Positions 1 to 9,699 of a DNA stretch of 28,238 nt are shown here, in pieces. Numbering within the stretch: the first letter of the stretch is position 1; each line of letters starts with the position of its first letter. Origin of the DNA: a virus (taxonomy: Duplodnaviria > Caudoviricetes); IMG/VR virus record IMGVR_UViG_3300020045_005270, positions 1 to 28,238 of that record; one strand, written 5' to 3'. The notes under the pieces were generated by a model that worked only from the letters and a program-made list of their open reading frames with translations, made no database searches and was not told the DNA's origin. The position numbers were made by a program, and so were the translations under genes.

Positions 1-48
1 CGGAAATACACCTATAACACAACGATTTATGAAAGGAGTACGAGCTAA
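1..48 (+). CDS. 3' end of upstream tail gene (probably tail terminator/completion protein), partial
   Basis: Frame 1 is open from base 1 (RKYTYNTTIYERSTS*). TAA 46-48 overlaps ATG 48 of the major tail gene. Product inferred from synteny only. Confidence 0.5.
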   Translation, partial: RKYTYNTTIYERSTS

Positions 49-608
49 TGGCAAAATATACTACAGCTCAACTTGAGAGCATTCAGATCGACTATGGTAT
101 CGTATACGTAGACTACGGCGAGGCTACTCAAAGAGTGCTCGGACCTACAAGAGGGGGCGCGACTTTTGAAGCTACTCAGACGATCCGAGACATTGAATTT
201 GACGGCCGAAACGGCAAGAGCAAGGGAATGCAGCACATTGATTTTATCGACGCCAAGCTGACATTCGTCAACCTTGCGATCAGTAAAGCGGACCTGCAGG
301 TGGCCATGCCATACTTGAAGGCTAACGGAACAGATCCGGACGTCCTAGAGTGTACACCGGACAGCCTGGGAATGGTACCGGAGGCAGCATACCACAAGAA
401 TATTACAGTATTCGGCAAGAAGGTAGGCGGCGGCTACAAGAGAATTTCACTTTTTAATGCAATGAACGAGGCGCCATTCAGCCTGGCGGCTGTCCCAAAA
501 GGCGAGGGCACAGTCAACATGGAAGTGTTCGGACACTGGGAAGCAGAGGACGACGTCGCAAACGTCGACAAGCTATTCGATATCGAGGACGTCGCCTCTA
601 TTGCATAG
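48..608 (+). CDS. major tail protein (tail tube)
   Basis: 186 aa, beta-rich, with LGPTRGG-x-x-F and 'IEFDG' motifs typical of siphovirus tube proteins. RBS AAAGGAG. Lies directly before the chaperone pair and tape measure. Confidence 0.85.
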   Translation: MAKYTTAQLESIQIDYGIVYVDYGEATQRVLGPTRGGATFEATQTIRDIEFDGRNGKSKGMQHIDFIDAKLTFVNLAISKADLQVAMPYLKANGTDPDVLECTPDSLGMVPEAAYHKNITVFGKKVGGGYKRISLFNAMNEAPFSLAAVPKGEGTVNMEVFGHWEAEDDVANVDKLFDIEDVASIA

Positions 609-617
609 TTACCAAAC

Positions 618-642
618 AGGGGCGCTCCGGCGTCCCTTTTTT
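618..642 (+). terminator. rho-independent terminator/attenuator after major tail gene
   Basis: AGGGGCGC-tccg-GCGTCCCT hairpin followed by a T run. Confidence 0.8.
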
Positions 643-677
643 CTTATAACTAATAGACCTTAAGGAGGAAATGCACT

Positions 678-986
678 ATGGCTATGAAATTAACAGGTAG
701 ACAACTAATGAAAATATCAGCACTCGCTGACAAATTGGATATTAAACTGGACACAAAAGCAGACATTGAGGATATGGGATCCGACATCATATGGCAAGTA
801 ATGAGAAAGGCGCACACCGCAGAGGACGAAGTGGCCGGCGTATTGGCAATATTCCTCGGCTGCAAACCCGAGGAGGCAATGGACGTCGACCTCATGGAGA
901 GATGGGAGACCTTTGCTGGATCTGAAAAGGGCAAGTCGGTGCTCGGTTTTTTTCAATCTGCAGCCGCCTCAAAGGGCCGCGCTTAA
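678..986 (+). CDS. tail assembly chaperone (lambda gpG-like)
   Basis: Between the major tail and tape measure genes. RBS AAGGAGG. Ends with a slippery site at codons GGT TTT TTT. Confidence 0.85.
   Translation: MAMKLTGRQLMKISALADKLDIKLDTKADIEDMGSDIIWQVMRKAHTAEDEVAGVLAIFLGCKPEEAMDVDLMERWETFAGSEKGKSVLGFFQSAAASKGRA
947..953 (+). other. -1 programmed ribosomal frameshift site (T TTT TTT)
   Basis: XXXYYYZ heptamer in the correct phase. The -1 frame is open from 926 to 1276 and is in frame with ATG 1049. Confidence 0.85.
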
Positions 987-1276
987 AGCAGCTGCTGCAC
1001 AAAACCTACGGGCTGCAGAATGTACTTGACGACGAGATCACGCTTGATATGATCACCTTTGCCATAGAGCAAGAGGCAGAGCAGGCTGCATGGGATATAT
1101 GGGTCGCAGTTTATCCGAACTTTAGCCCGGAGACCTTTGTGCCATTCTCAGAGTTTAAAAACGCGCAGCTTAAAGCGAGACCACCAGCAACACAAAAGAG
1201 CTGGGAGGAGATCACCCAAGAAATGGACGCGGTCGTGCAGCGTTATGAAGAAAAGAAACGAGGTGAAAACACGTGA
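947..1276 (+). CDS. frameshifted C-terminal part of tail assembly chaperone (gpGT-like fusion 678..1276)
   Basis: -1 frame reads FFSICSRLKGPRLKQLLHKTYGLQNVLDDEITLD then MITFAIEQ... (ORF 1049..1276). No good RBS before 1049. Confidence 0.8.
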   Translation, partial: FFSICSRLKGPRLKQLLHKTYGLQNVLDDEITLDMITFAIEQEAEQAAWDIWVAVYPNFSPETFVPFSEFKNAQLKARPPATQKSWEEITQEMDAVVQRYEEKKRGENT

Positions 1277-3225
1277 AAATATTTGAATTATTCGGATCCA
1301 TATTCGTAGAAACAGACCAGGCCAACGAGTCAATGGACAGAACAGACAACAAGGCCAAAGGCATAGCGACCACTCTCGGCAACGGTATCAAGACCGCCGG
1401 GGCGTGGTCTGCTGCGCTGGTGGGTGGAGTAGCTGCTGCAGGCACGGCTATGCTGGCAGCAGGGAATAAATTCGCAGAGACAACGTCCAATATAGACGAC
1501 ATGAGTCAAAAGCTAGGTCTCAGCCGTGAAGGTTTTCAAGAGTGGTCCTATATGCTTGAACAGAGCGGGACGACTATCGACAGTATGAAAGCCGGAATGA
1601 CAAAGCTCAATAATGCTTTTGACGGTTTAAAGGACGGGTCCAAGACAAGCACTGAGGCGTTCGGACGTTTAGGCCTCTCTCTTGACGATTTGAAAGGCAA
1701 GTCACAAGAGGAAATATTCGAGGCTACGATCACAGCGCTGCAGGGCGTAACGGACGAAGGCGAACGAGCAGCGATCGCGAGCGACCTGCTAGGAAAGAGC
1801 GCCGTCGAGCTGGCGCCTCTCTTGAATTCCGGAGCGGGCGGCGTTGAGGAAATGAAGAAACAGGCCCACGAGCTCGGTATTGTTTTAGGTGACGACACGA
1901 TCGACGCCGGCGTAAAATTTGGAGACACCATGGACCAGGTCAAGTCGATATTCACGTCGATGGCGACCAACCTTATGAGCGGACTTATGCCGACGCTGCA
2001 GCTATTCCTGGACTTGATCATTGACAATATGCCTATGATCCAGGAGGTCATGCAGAATGTATTTGGAGTGCTCGGGACGGCCATTGAGGGCATTATGCCC
2101 CTATTCATGCAGCTGATCGAGCAAGTGCTGCCACCAATGATCGAAATATTCACAAACCTGGGCACAAACCTTTTACCGATCTTGATAGAGACCATCACTA
2201 TGCTAATGACCAACGTGCTGCCAATACTTATAGAAGTATTCAGCCTATTGATCACGACGGTGCTGCCGCCATTGGTTGAGATCCTTAATGTGATCATCAC
2301 GACGGTGCTGCCACCATTGATCGAGCTTTTCGTCAACATCATGGACGCGATCCTGCCGGTGCTGATCGACCTTTTCACAGTAATAACGGAGACGGTGCTG
2401 CCGCCTTTGATTGACCTTTTCAACATGATCATAGAGAACGTGCTGCCGATCCTCATAGAGCTTTTTAATATGTTCATAGAGACCGTGCTGCCACCTTTGA
2501 TCGAAGTTATTAACCTAATCGTTAAGGATATACTGCCGCCGCTATTGGCCATATTTATGGACCTAGCCGAGGCCGTACTGCCTTTAGTCATGGACGTATT
2601 CAAAGCACTAATGCCAGTCATTGAACCCATTATGAACGCGATCGCTGCGGTGATCAAGACCGTACTCGCTTTGATCAAGGGAGACTGGGAGGGTGTATGG
2701 CAAGGGATCCAGGACTTTTTTAGCAGCATACTCGACGCGGTTATTGCATACGTGGAGGGCTTTGCTGAGATCTTCGGCGGTATTTTCCAGGGTATTGCAG
2801 ACGTAGTCGGTGGTATTTGGGACGGTATGGTCGAGGGTATCAAGTCGGGCATTAACTTCATAATAAGCGGCATTAACTCATTCATAAAAGGCCTCAACAA
2901 GTTAAAGATCCCGGACTGGGTACCTGGCGTCGGTGGTATGAGCATAAACCTGGCGACGATCCCACAGCTCGCAGAAGGTGGAGACATTATTCAGAGCGGC
3001 AAGATCATGGTCGGAGAAAATGGCCCGGAGATCTTCGAGGCAAGAGCTGGAGCAAGAGTGACGCCGCTCGACAAAGTACAAAGAAGCAAGCAGGATCAAA
3101 CGATCAAGAACGAATTCAACATTGCGCAGCTTGTAGTCCGAGAGGAGGCCGACATCAAGAAAGTGGCCAAGGAATTATTCAGACTGCAGCAGCAAAATAG
3201 CAGGACGAGGGAGGTGCTAGTATAA
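1273..3225 (+). CDS. tail tape measure protein
   Basis: 650 aa. N-terminus 'IFELFGSI', helical amphipathic repeats, W-containing repeats and C-terminal 'IPQLAEGG...VGENGPE' motif. GTG start overlaps the previous stop. Confidence 0.93.
   Translation: MKIFELFGSIFVETDQANESMDRTDNKAKGIATTLGNGIKTAGAWSAALVGGVAAAGTAMLAAGNKFAETTSNIDDMSQKLGLSREGFQEWSYMLEQSGTTIDSMKAGMTKLNNAFDGLKDGSKTSTEAFGRLGLSLDDLKGKSQEEIFEATITALQGVTDEGERAAIASDLLGKSAVELAPLLNSGAGGVEEMKKQAHELGIVLGDDTIDAGVKFGDTMDQVKSIFTSMATNLMSGLMPTLQLFLDLIIDNMPMIQEVMQNVFGVLGTAIEGIMPLFMQLIEQVLPPMIEIFTNLGTNLLPILIETITMLMTNVLPILIEVFSLLITTVLPPLVEILNVIITTVLPPLIELFVNIMDAILPVLIDLFTVITETVLPPLIDLFNMIIENVLPILIELFNMFIETVLPPLIEVINLIVKDILPPLLAIFMDLAEAVLPLVMDVFKALMPVIEPIMNAIAAVIKTVLALIKGDWEGVWQGIQDFFSSILDAVIAYVEGFAEIFGGIFQGIADVVGGIWDGMVEGIKSGINFIISGINSFIKGLNKLKIPDWVPGVGGMSINLATIPQLAEGGDIIQSGKIMVGENGPEIFEARAGARVTPLDKVQRSKQDQTIKNEFNIAQLVVREEADIKKVAKELFRLQQQNSRTREVLV
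2125..2607 (+). repeat. tandem 45-bp (15-aa) repeats in tape measure
   Basis: [VIL]LP[PIVL] units start at 2125, 2170, 2215, 2260, 2305, 2350, 2395, 2440, 2485, 2530 and 2575, exactly 45 bp apart. Confidence 0.9.
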
Positions 3226-4028
3226 TGCCAGTATGGGATTTTACGTTTAACGGCGAAACCGCTAGCAGCAAGAATATAATCGTGACCAGCATACAGAGGC
3301 CAATGCTCCCGGCATTGCGTCCTCGCAAGCTGGTGATCCCAGGTAAGGACGGCGCCTGGGATTTTGGCAACAACACATACGACGAGAGGATCATCAACGT
3401 GGTCTGTCTCATGTCAAGGCCATTCCGGATCCAGGAGCAGATCAGATCCATAGCCTACTGGCTGAGTCAAAAGGGCACGATCATATTCAGCGACGAGACG
3501 GACAAGTACTACGTCGGCAGGTTATACACTGAGCTGCTGCAGGAGATTGACGGCAGCATGGGATCGTTCGTGCTGCCATTCGAGTGCGAGCCGTATGCCT
3601 ACGCCGACCAGGAAACATACAACGAGACCTATATTTATGACGACACGTGGGAGCTTGACACCGGGTTGCTTTATCCTAACGAGGCGACATTCGACTGGCT
3701 TTATTTTAGACAGAGCATGGCCCTTTATAACCACAGCCAAATACCGACAGATATCGAGTTTAAGATATCCGGATCCGCGGCGGGCATTAAGGTGACTCAC
3801 GTCGAAAGCGGTTGTTTTTTAGACTTACAGGTTACAATTTCCAGCGAAACTGTTATAATAGACACAGAAAGCTATAAGTGCGAACTTGCTAGTGGCACAA
3901 ATTTACTCGGAGACCTAGCAGCCGGCAGCGATTTTTTCAAACTGCAGCCGGGAATAAATTCTTTTATATTTGAGGGATCCGGGCCAAATTGCACCGTAGA
4001 GTACACATGGAAGCATAAATTCCTATAA
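3225..4028 (+). CDS. distal tail protein (Dit)
   Basis: Follows the tape measure gene. Motifs 'FTFNG...IPGKDG...ERII...FSDETDKYY...FECEPYAY...LQPGIN' are typical of the Sipho_tail/Dit family. Confidence 0.88.
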   Translation: MPVWDFTFNGETASSKNIIVTSIQRPMLPALRPRKLVIPGKDGAWDFGNNTYDERIINVVCLMSRPFRIQEQIRSIAYWLSQKGTIIFSDETDKYYVGRLYTELLQEIDGSMGSFVLPFECEPYAYADQETYNETYIYDDTWELDTGLLYPNEATFDWLYFRQSMALYNHSQIPTDIEFKISGSAAGIKVTHVESGCFLDLQVTISSETVIIDTESYKCELASGTNLLGDLAAGSDFFKLQPGINSFIFEGSGPNCTVEYTWKHKFL

Positions 4029-4045
4029 GGAAGGAGCGATAAAAA

Positions 4046-7000
4046 ATGTCACTAAAACCAATAGGCGGAGACGCCAAGTCCCAGGACCTTAACGATAATT
4101 TTGCTTACCTTGACACCAAGCCAGTCGAGCCGGCACAATTTCCAGCCAATAGTATTCCATCAAGTAAGCTAAAGAACACCACAGACGACGACAAAGTTGG
4201 ACTTGCTAATTTAAAAACCGAAGTTATAAGCGCTATGTCGGGAGCGTCTCCAACAGGCACAATACCGACAGACGGTAGCGTAACAGCGGTAAAAATATCT
4301 AACGAAGCCGTGACAAGCTCAAAACTTGCAGCCGGTAGTGTAACAGAGGTAAAACTAGCCGCAGGGGCCGTTACGGCCTCTAAGATAGCGCAAAGGGGTA
4401 TTTCAGACAAGAACCTGCCGGGGTATTTGGCGGCAGGGGAAGAAAATAAAACGCATTTTCATATGATCGACGAAACCGACAATTTTTTAATGAAAAGAGA
4501 GACGGAGGCAGCGACTACAACGACAGTGACAGCTTTTGGTACGTTTCCTGGATCAGTTACCTACGGAACGCCTTCAAACGTAACAAATATGAAAAACATA
4601 GTCTTTAACGTTCCACAAGGATACAGCTTTAATACAGTAAGGCTGCGCGCTTTGCTAATTACAGACTTATTCACTGGCAGCCTATTGGTTACTGCTTATC
4701 AGCCAAAACCTGCAGGAGCAGGCGGGTACACAGAGGAGGACATAATTGCTCAGACGGTTATATCTCAAGCGGAAGTTAATTCCGGGCTTAATTTAGCACC
4801 TGCGGGTCTTGCAAATGCGCAGTATTTAACGTATTACAGCGGATCATACGTAGACGCTACATTTGATGAAAATTTAGCCAACGAAGCTACAGGTGGTATC
4901 GACATAATGTTTTCAGTTGTCGACGAGGAAAGCACTATTCCAACGGTTTTCGTTCAAGGCACAGCGCAAAATTCTACTTGTACCATAAAGGGCCTTACCT
5001 TTGTATCAGATGGAGTATTTTATCCTTGGGCCACAAGTAGGTTTATGGCCGAGGCTATTACTAAAACGACTCGAAGTCTTAGCACTAAAGTAGAAGAAAT
5101 AGTGGCGGACACTGGGTATATTAAACAAACAGACGTTTATTTAACCTCAGATACGGCCTACATTTCTACAGAACCTATCGGCGGCAACGTGTCTGATCTG
5201 AATGTAAACACCAGCTACACCTACGCCGGATACCAGTCGGCAAACCAAAAATCCTACGCGTTAAAGATACAAGCGACGGAAGATTTGACGTTGCGACAAG
5301 TTGAGGTGCCGCTAGGAATTGTCGGAGCAGAATTCCCCGACCCTATACCGGATCATTTTGTTAAAGTTTATTCCCAGGCACTTTCGGGTGACCCACTATC
5401 TCCGACAGTAAGACTTATATTAAGTGATGAATATCTTTTAACACAAGCGACAGTTACAAACAGCAAACTATTAGAAACTGCGACATTAGGATCTACTGCA
5501 AACGCGGTTGCGGCCAACTATAAGACAAGCCCGAAAACGACAATATTTGATTTAGCTGAGCCAGTGCATCTTGTTGCTGGAGAAAGTTGCATTATAGAAG
5601 TCGGAACGACTAGCGCTGCAGCCGGAATACTGGTTATAACAAGCACAGTTAATCTTTCAAGTGAAGTATTTGACGTTGTATATTTTTCTATTATAGGCAC
5701 AACAAACACCAGCGGGTGGGGGATAAACCAACCACAAATTGCTTTAATATCCGAAACGTCAAATACTTCACTTGGGGAAGTACTGCAGACGTCGTCAACC
5801 TTAACCGCCCAAGTTGACAAGTTAAATTTTAATAGGTATTGTGACGTTTTAGAGTCGAGAAAAGCTATCGCAGACTTTCTATCAAGACTATGGGGTCGGG
5901 AAAAAATGAAAGTTGTAGTATATGGTGATAGCATTGTCAACTTTCAGAACAGTGAAACCCTAAGCGTAGAGCTGCAGAAAACTGCTCCGATAGGCTTAGC
6001 AGGTAATAGTTTTCTGCGTCAATTATGGAAAATACTAAATTATGATGTATACGACGACGACAGATCAGTTTTAAGCGAAAACGGAAACATGGGTTTTAAA
6101 AGATTTGACCATTCTGACTGCGTTTTTAGTAATGGGTACCAGGGAACAGCCTTGGCGATCGGGACAAAGGACTGGGCCACTAATAGAAGCGATAGCGCAG
6201 ACGCCTGGAGAGCACGAAGTTTTTCAAGTTATCCGCAAGTAATAACTCCGGAAAGCAGCTATAACAAACCTATGGTGGGGTCAATAGAGGCTGGGGCTAC
6301 TTTTACAGTGACCATACCATCTGAGGCTATAGGCTGCGCGATAGTTTTTGGAAGAGGATCCACCAGGGCGTCAAATGTCAATGTTAAAATTAACAATGGC
6401 GCCACAGACGTAGTGGACGAAACAATCAATTTAGTTGATATGGACGTCGTAGAACTGCACAAAGAGTACACGTTGACAGCCGGAACAGTGAAAACTATAA
6501 CCGTAACAAATGTCAGCGGAAATGAATTATGGGTATGGGGGGTGGAATATTGGACAGGCCCCTGCATTATGGTGCTAAATAGCGGACTGGCGGGAAATAA
6601 TTCTAACAGTTTAAATTCAAATTTTGATTTAATGGTTGGAAATCAAGATCCGGATTTTGTAGTGACTGAATTTCCGACGCTAAATGACACAAATAGTATT
6701 ACTGAAACGGCTTGTTTTGGGTACGCGAGCAGCTTAATAGAAAAGCTTAATGCTTTAGCAGTTCCTATATTAGCTATTTTCCCGCACCGTTTTCTTAATG
6801 GATCTTACAACCTTCAATACAACAGGGATAATATAATTTATGACGCAACTAACTTTCCAATAGGCAGTAAGCTAGTAGGGAATAGATACTTTTTCCCTAA
6901 TTACATCAAGATTTATAAAGCTATAACCGCAAAGTATAACTTCGGCTTGATTGATATGTACGCCAAAAGCGTAGACGATCTTAATTGCGGAAACACTAAC

Positions 7001-7117
7001 TTTCCAGCAGACGTACCTGCCGGGTATTATGTGGATAACGGACACCTTGGCCCAGCCGGTAATGCCTCCTATGTTGAAGAATTTAAGAAAATATTTTTAT
7101 GGGACGACGTAGAATAA
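4046..7117 (+). CDS. large tail fibre/receptor-binding protein with C-terminal SGNH/GDSL esterase domain
   Basis: 1023 aa. N-terminal 'LNDNF' anchor and 10-aa xxSVTxxKLA repeats (about 4271-4420), beta-rich middle, SGNH blocks VVYGDSI, NSGLAG and DNGH. Lower GC than its flanks. Confidence 0.75.
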   Translation: MSLKPIGGDAKSQDLNDNFAYLDTKPVEPAQFPANSIPSSKLKNTTDDDKVGLANLKTEVISAMSGASPTGTIPTDGSVTAVKISNEAVTSSKLAAGSVTEVKLAAGAVTASKIAQRGISDKNLPGYLAAGEENKTHFHMIDETDNFLMKRETEAATTTTVTAFGTFPGSVTYGTPSNVTNMKNIVFNVPQGYSFNTVRLRALLITDLFTGSLLVTAYQPKPAGAGGYTEEDIIAQTVISQAEVNSGLNLAPAGLANAQYLTYYSGSYVDATFDENLANEATGGIDIMFSVVDEESTIPTVFVQGTAQNSTCTIKGLTFVSDGVFYPWATSRFMAEAITKTTRSLSTKVEEIVADTGYIKQTDVYLTSDTAYISTEPIGGNVSDLNVNTSYTYAGYQSANQKSYALKIQATEDLTLRQVEVPLGIVGAEFPDPIPDHFVKVYSQALSGDPLSPTVRLILSDEYLLTQATVTNSKLLETATLGSTANAVAANYKTSPKTTIFDLAEPVHLVAGESCIIEVGTTSAAAGILVITSTVNLSSEVFDVVYFSIIGTTNTSGWGINQPQIALISETSNTSLGEVLQTSSTLTAQVDKLNFNRYCDVLESRKAIADFLSRLWGREKMKVVVYGDSIVNFQNSETLSVELQKTAPIGLAGNSFLRQLWKILNYDVYDDDRSVLSENGNMGFKRFDHSDCVFSNGYQGTALAIGTKDWATNRSDSADAWRARSFSSYPQVITPESSYNKPMVGSIEAGATFTVTIPSEAIGCAIVFGRGSTRASNVNVKINNGATDVVDETINLVDMDVVELHKEYTLTAGTVKTITVTNVSGNELWVWGVEYWTGPCIMVLNSGLAGNNSNSLNSNFDLMVGNQDPDFVVTEFPTLNDTNSITETACFGYASSLIEKLNALAVPILAIFPHRFLNGSYNLQYNRDNIIYDATNFPIGSKLVGNRYFFPNYIKIYKAITAKYNFGLIDMYAKSVDDLNCGNTNFPADVPAGYYVDNGHLGPAGNASYVEEFKKIFLWDDVE

Positions 7118-7141
7118 CTAAAAGAAGGGAGGTGAGGCAGC

Positions 7142-9001
7142 GTGAAGCCTTTGAAACTTTATGACACGGACATGAGCCTGGTCGCGATCTTAGAGAATGC
7201 AACCGGCAAAGGGTACGCCAAGAAATTAAATGATTTATGGCAGGCGACCTTTTCAATGCCAGCCAATGATCCAAAGGCCAAATTGTGCACACCATTCCGG
7301 ATCGTTGAGATATTCGATGGAGAGGAGCGGGTGGATCTTTTCCGGATCCTCCCGTCGTCCCATTCGTCAGACGACGCCGGCGAAATGATGGTCTTTAATT
7401 GTGAGCACGTGCTGGCCACGCTGATAGACGATATACTTTTTCAGTACCACGAGCGCAACAACGTGCCGACAGAGGACGTCCTGGAGTATATCCTAGGCTT
7501 TCAGACGACACCAAAGTGGCAGCTCGGCCAGGTAGACTTTGAGTATCTATTCAGCTACAAGTGGGAGAGCGAGAACCTGCTCGGATCTCTTTTCTCGGTC
7601 CCGCAGCCATTCATTGACGAGTATCAGTGGACCTGGGACACGACAACAACACCCTGGACCTTGAACTTGATCGCACCGGATACAGCCATCAAGACGTGGA
7701 TCCGATATGGCCGCAACCTTAAAGGGATTGACAAGCAGACAGATCCGACCAACCTATGCACCAGGCTTTATGGCCTTGGATACGGCGAGGGCGTGAACCA
7801 GCTCACCATAAACGAGATCAACGCCGGGCTGCCGTATATAGACGCCGACACGATCGGGACGTATGGCATAGTGGCCAGAATCTACACAGACACCAAAGAG
7901 GAAAACGCTGCAACCTTAAAGGCTAAAATGCAGGCGTACCTCGAGCAGCTTAAGATCCCGCGCATGGAGTACTCAGTCGCAGCTGCTCACTTGTACCAAA
8001 TAACGGACAAGAGCATTGACGACTTTTACCTCGGGGCCTATTGCAAGACGATCGACAAAGAGGACGACCTCACATTTACAGCCAAAGTCGTGACGATCAG
8101 CAAGAAGGACCTGGACGGCGCACCAGGAGACGTCGACCTGGAGATCGCAAACAGCCCGCAGGATATCGCAAAGAGTATCAGCAGCCTATCCAATAGGCAG
8201 CGGATCAGCGAGGTATATGCTCAAGGAGCGACCAACCTGCTGGCCCAAGACTTTGCAGACAACGCGGACGCAACCTATCCAGCAGTAATGCGCTTTTACA
8301 TTCCGGAGGAGACGGTCCGGATCAACAAAATGGAGCTCAACTTCAAGACGTCAAACTTTAGGGCGTACTCGAAAGCGATCCAGGGCGGCGGGGCAGTAGC
8401 TTCGACAACAGCTGCAGGTGGATCCACAGTCGAGTCAAGCGATCCTGGTGTATGGACATTATACCCGCCGCAGTATCTGCTGCCGGACTTTATGGAATAC
8501 GCAGGGAGCCACAGCCACAGCTTTAGTGGCAGCGATAGCGACTCGGTGAGCATAAGCGGAACTACGGGAACGACATCGGGGCACAGTCACAGCTTTAGCG
8601 ACAGCGACTCGGTATCTATTTCTATAGGAGGAACAACCAGCACCGTAGGCGGTCACGCGCATGAAATGTATTCCGTAGCTCATACGCATGACGTCGATAT
8701 CCCGAACCATTTTCATGCGATCACACTGCCGGATCATACCCATGGTATCGAATACGGCATATACTTGAATGGATCATTGCCGACAGCTGTCACAGTCACA
8801 GTCGACGGGACAGCGATCCCGGGCCTAACTTTAAACGAGAACGGCGTCAACCTCATACCATACCTGGAAGTCGACGCCAACGGCAAGATCAAACGGGGCG
8901 CATGGCATGAGATCCGGATCGCACCAGACAACCTGGCCCGCATTGAGGCCAACATTGTAACTCAACTATTTATTCAAAGTCGTGGAGGAGGAAACTACTA
9001 A
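7142..9001 (+). CDS. tail-associated Tal/hub protein (prophage tail endopeptidase family) with His-rich needle extension
   Basis: 'LAILENA'-like N-terminus, 'RYGRNLKGI...TRLYGLGYGEG' motif and six HxH motifs near the C-terminus. RBS AAGGGAGG. Confidence 0.85.
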   Translation: MKPLKLYDTDMSLVAILENATGKGYAKKLNDLWQATFSMPANDPKAKLCTPFRIVEIFDGEERVDLFRILPSSHSSDDAGEMMVFNCEHVLATLIDDILFQYHERNNVPTEDVLEYILGFQTTPKWQLGQVDFEYLFSYKWESENLLGSLFSVPQPFIDEYQWTWDTTTTPWTLNLIAPDTAIKTWIRYGRNLKGIDKQTDPTNLCTRLYGLGYGEGVNQLTINEINAGLPYIDADTIGTYGIVARIYTDTKEENAATLKAKMQAYLEQLKIPRMEYSVAAAHLYQITDKSIDDFYLGAYCKTIDKEDDLTFTAKVVTISKKDLDGAPGDVDLEIANSPQDIAKSISSLSNRQRISEVYAQGATNLLAQDFADNADATYPAVMRFYIPEETVRINKMELNFKTSNFRAYSKAIQGGGAVASTTAAGGSTVESSDPGVWTLYPPQYLLPDFMEYAGSHSHSFSGSDSDSVSISGTTGTTSGHSHSFSDSDSVSISIGGTTSTVGGHAHEMYSVAHTHDVDIPNHFHAITLPDHTHGIEYGIYLNGSLPTAVTVTVDGTAIPGLTLNENGVNLIPYLEVDANGKIKRGAWHEIRIAPDNLARIEANIVTQLFIQSRGGGNY

Positions 9002-9240
9002 TGAGCGTATTAATTTCAAGAGAAGCAAGACCGGAGCTATTTGCAGACGATGAAAGACCGATCACTGATATCATCAACGCCGTGGAAGCCGTATATTCTG
9101 AGATCAGCCAAAGACCGGAAGGCTACAACCAGCAAGAGCTGCTCAAAGCCTTAAGGGAGGCAGGGATCAGCAGCTACGACGCAAACCTGGCACTTACTAT
9201 CTTATTTCAAACAAAGAGGGTATTATCCATCATAGGATAA
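9001..9240 (+). CDS. hypothetical protein (end of tail module)
   Basis: 79 aa, TAATG-coupled to Tal, RBS GGAGGAGG. Confidence 0.7.
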   Translation: MSVLISREARPELFADDERPITDIINAVEAVYSEISQRPEGYNQQELLKALREAGISSYDANLALTILFQTKRVLSIIG

Positions 9241-9264
9241 TGCAGCGAGAGGAGGGTCGGGGCC

Positions 9265-9684
9265 ATGCCGAAGTGTGAACACCACGACGATTATATAAAA
9301 CTGCATGACGCCTTGAAAGATCACATCGGAATGGTGGAGCGCACCTTGGACGGTAAGATCCAAACTGTTGACAAGAAAGCAGACTCAGCATTCCGAAAAA
9401 TCGACGTTATACGCGACGACGTAGCAGAGCAAGGAGAAAACTACAGGGAGACGGCAGCCTATGTCAAGCAACTATACAAACGCTTTGACGAGCTAACGAC
9501 TCAAATGCAGGGGATCGTCACCAAGCTAGACACCTACATAACAACTATGGCCACGGTGCAGCAAGAGACGAAAAGCAATAGTGCTTTCAATATGCGAGGC
9601 AAAGATCTCGTCTATGAAATAGTCAAATGGCTGGTATTGATGGGGCTGGGAGCGGCCCTATTCAAGACCGGTACAACACCTTAA
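9265..9684 (+). CDS. XhlA/BhlA-like lysis accessory protein (coiled coil plus C-terminal TM helix)
   Basis: Soluble coiled coil followed by hydrophobic WLVLMGLGAALF, located just before the holin. Confidence 0.6.
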   Translation: MPKCEHHDDYIKLHDALKDHIGMVERTLDGKIQTVDKKADSAFRKIDVIRDDVAEQGENYRETAAYVKQLYKRFDELTTQMQGIVTKLDTYITTMATVQQETKSNSAFNMRGKDLVYEIVKWLVLMGLGAALFKTGTTP

Positions 9685-9699
9685 GGAGGTATAATATTT

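Noticed and set aside
1548-2987. 479-aa minus-strand ORF
   Set aside because: Antisense shadow of the repetitive tape measure gene. Its periodicity mirrors the 45-bp repeat, and it has no recognisable RBS or domain.
4046-9001. Diversity-generating retroelement target in the fibre genes
   Set aside because: No reverse transcriptase, and no template/variable repeat pair differing at adenines was seen in the window.
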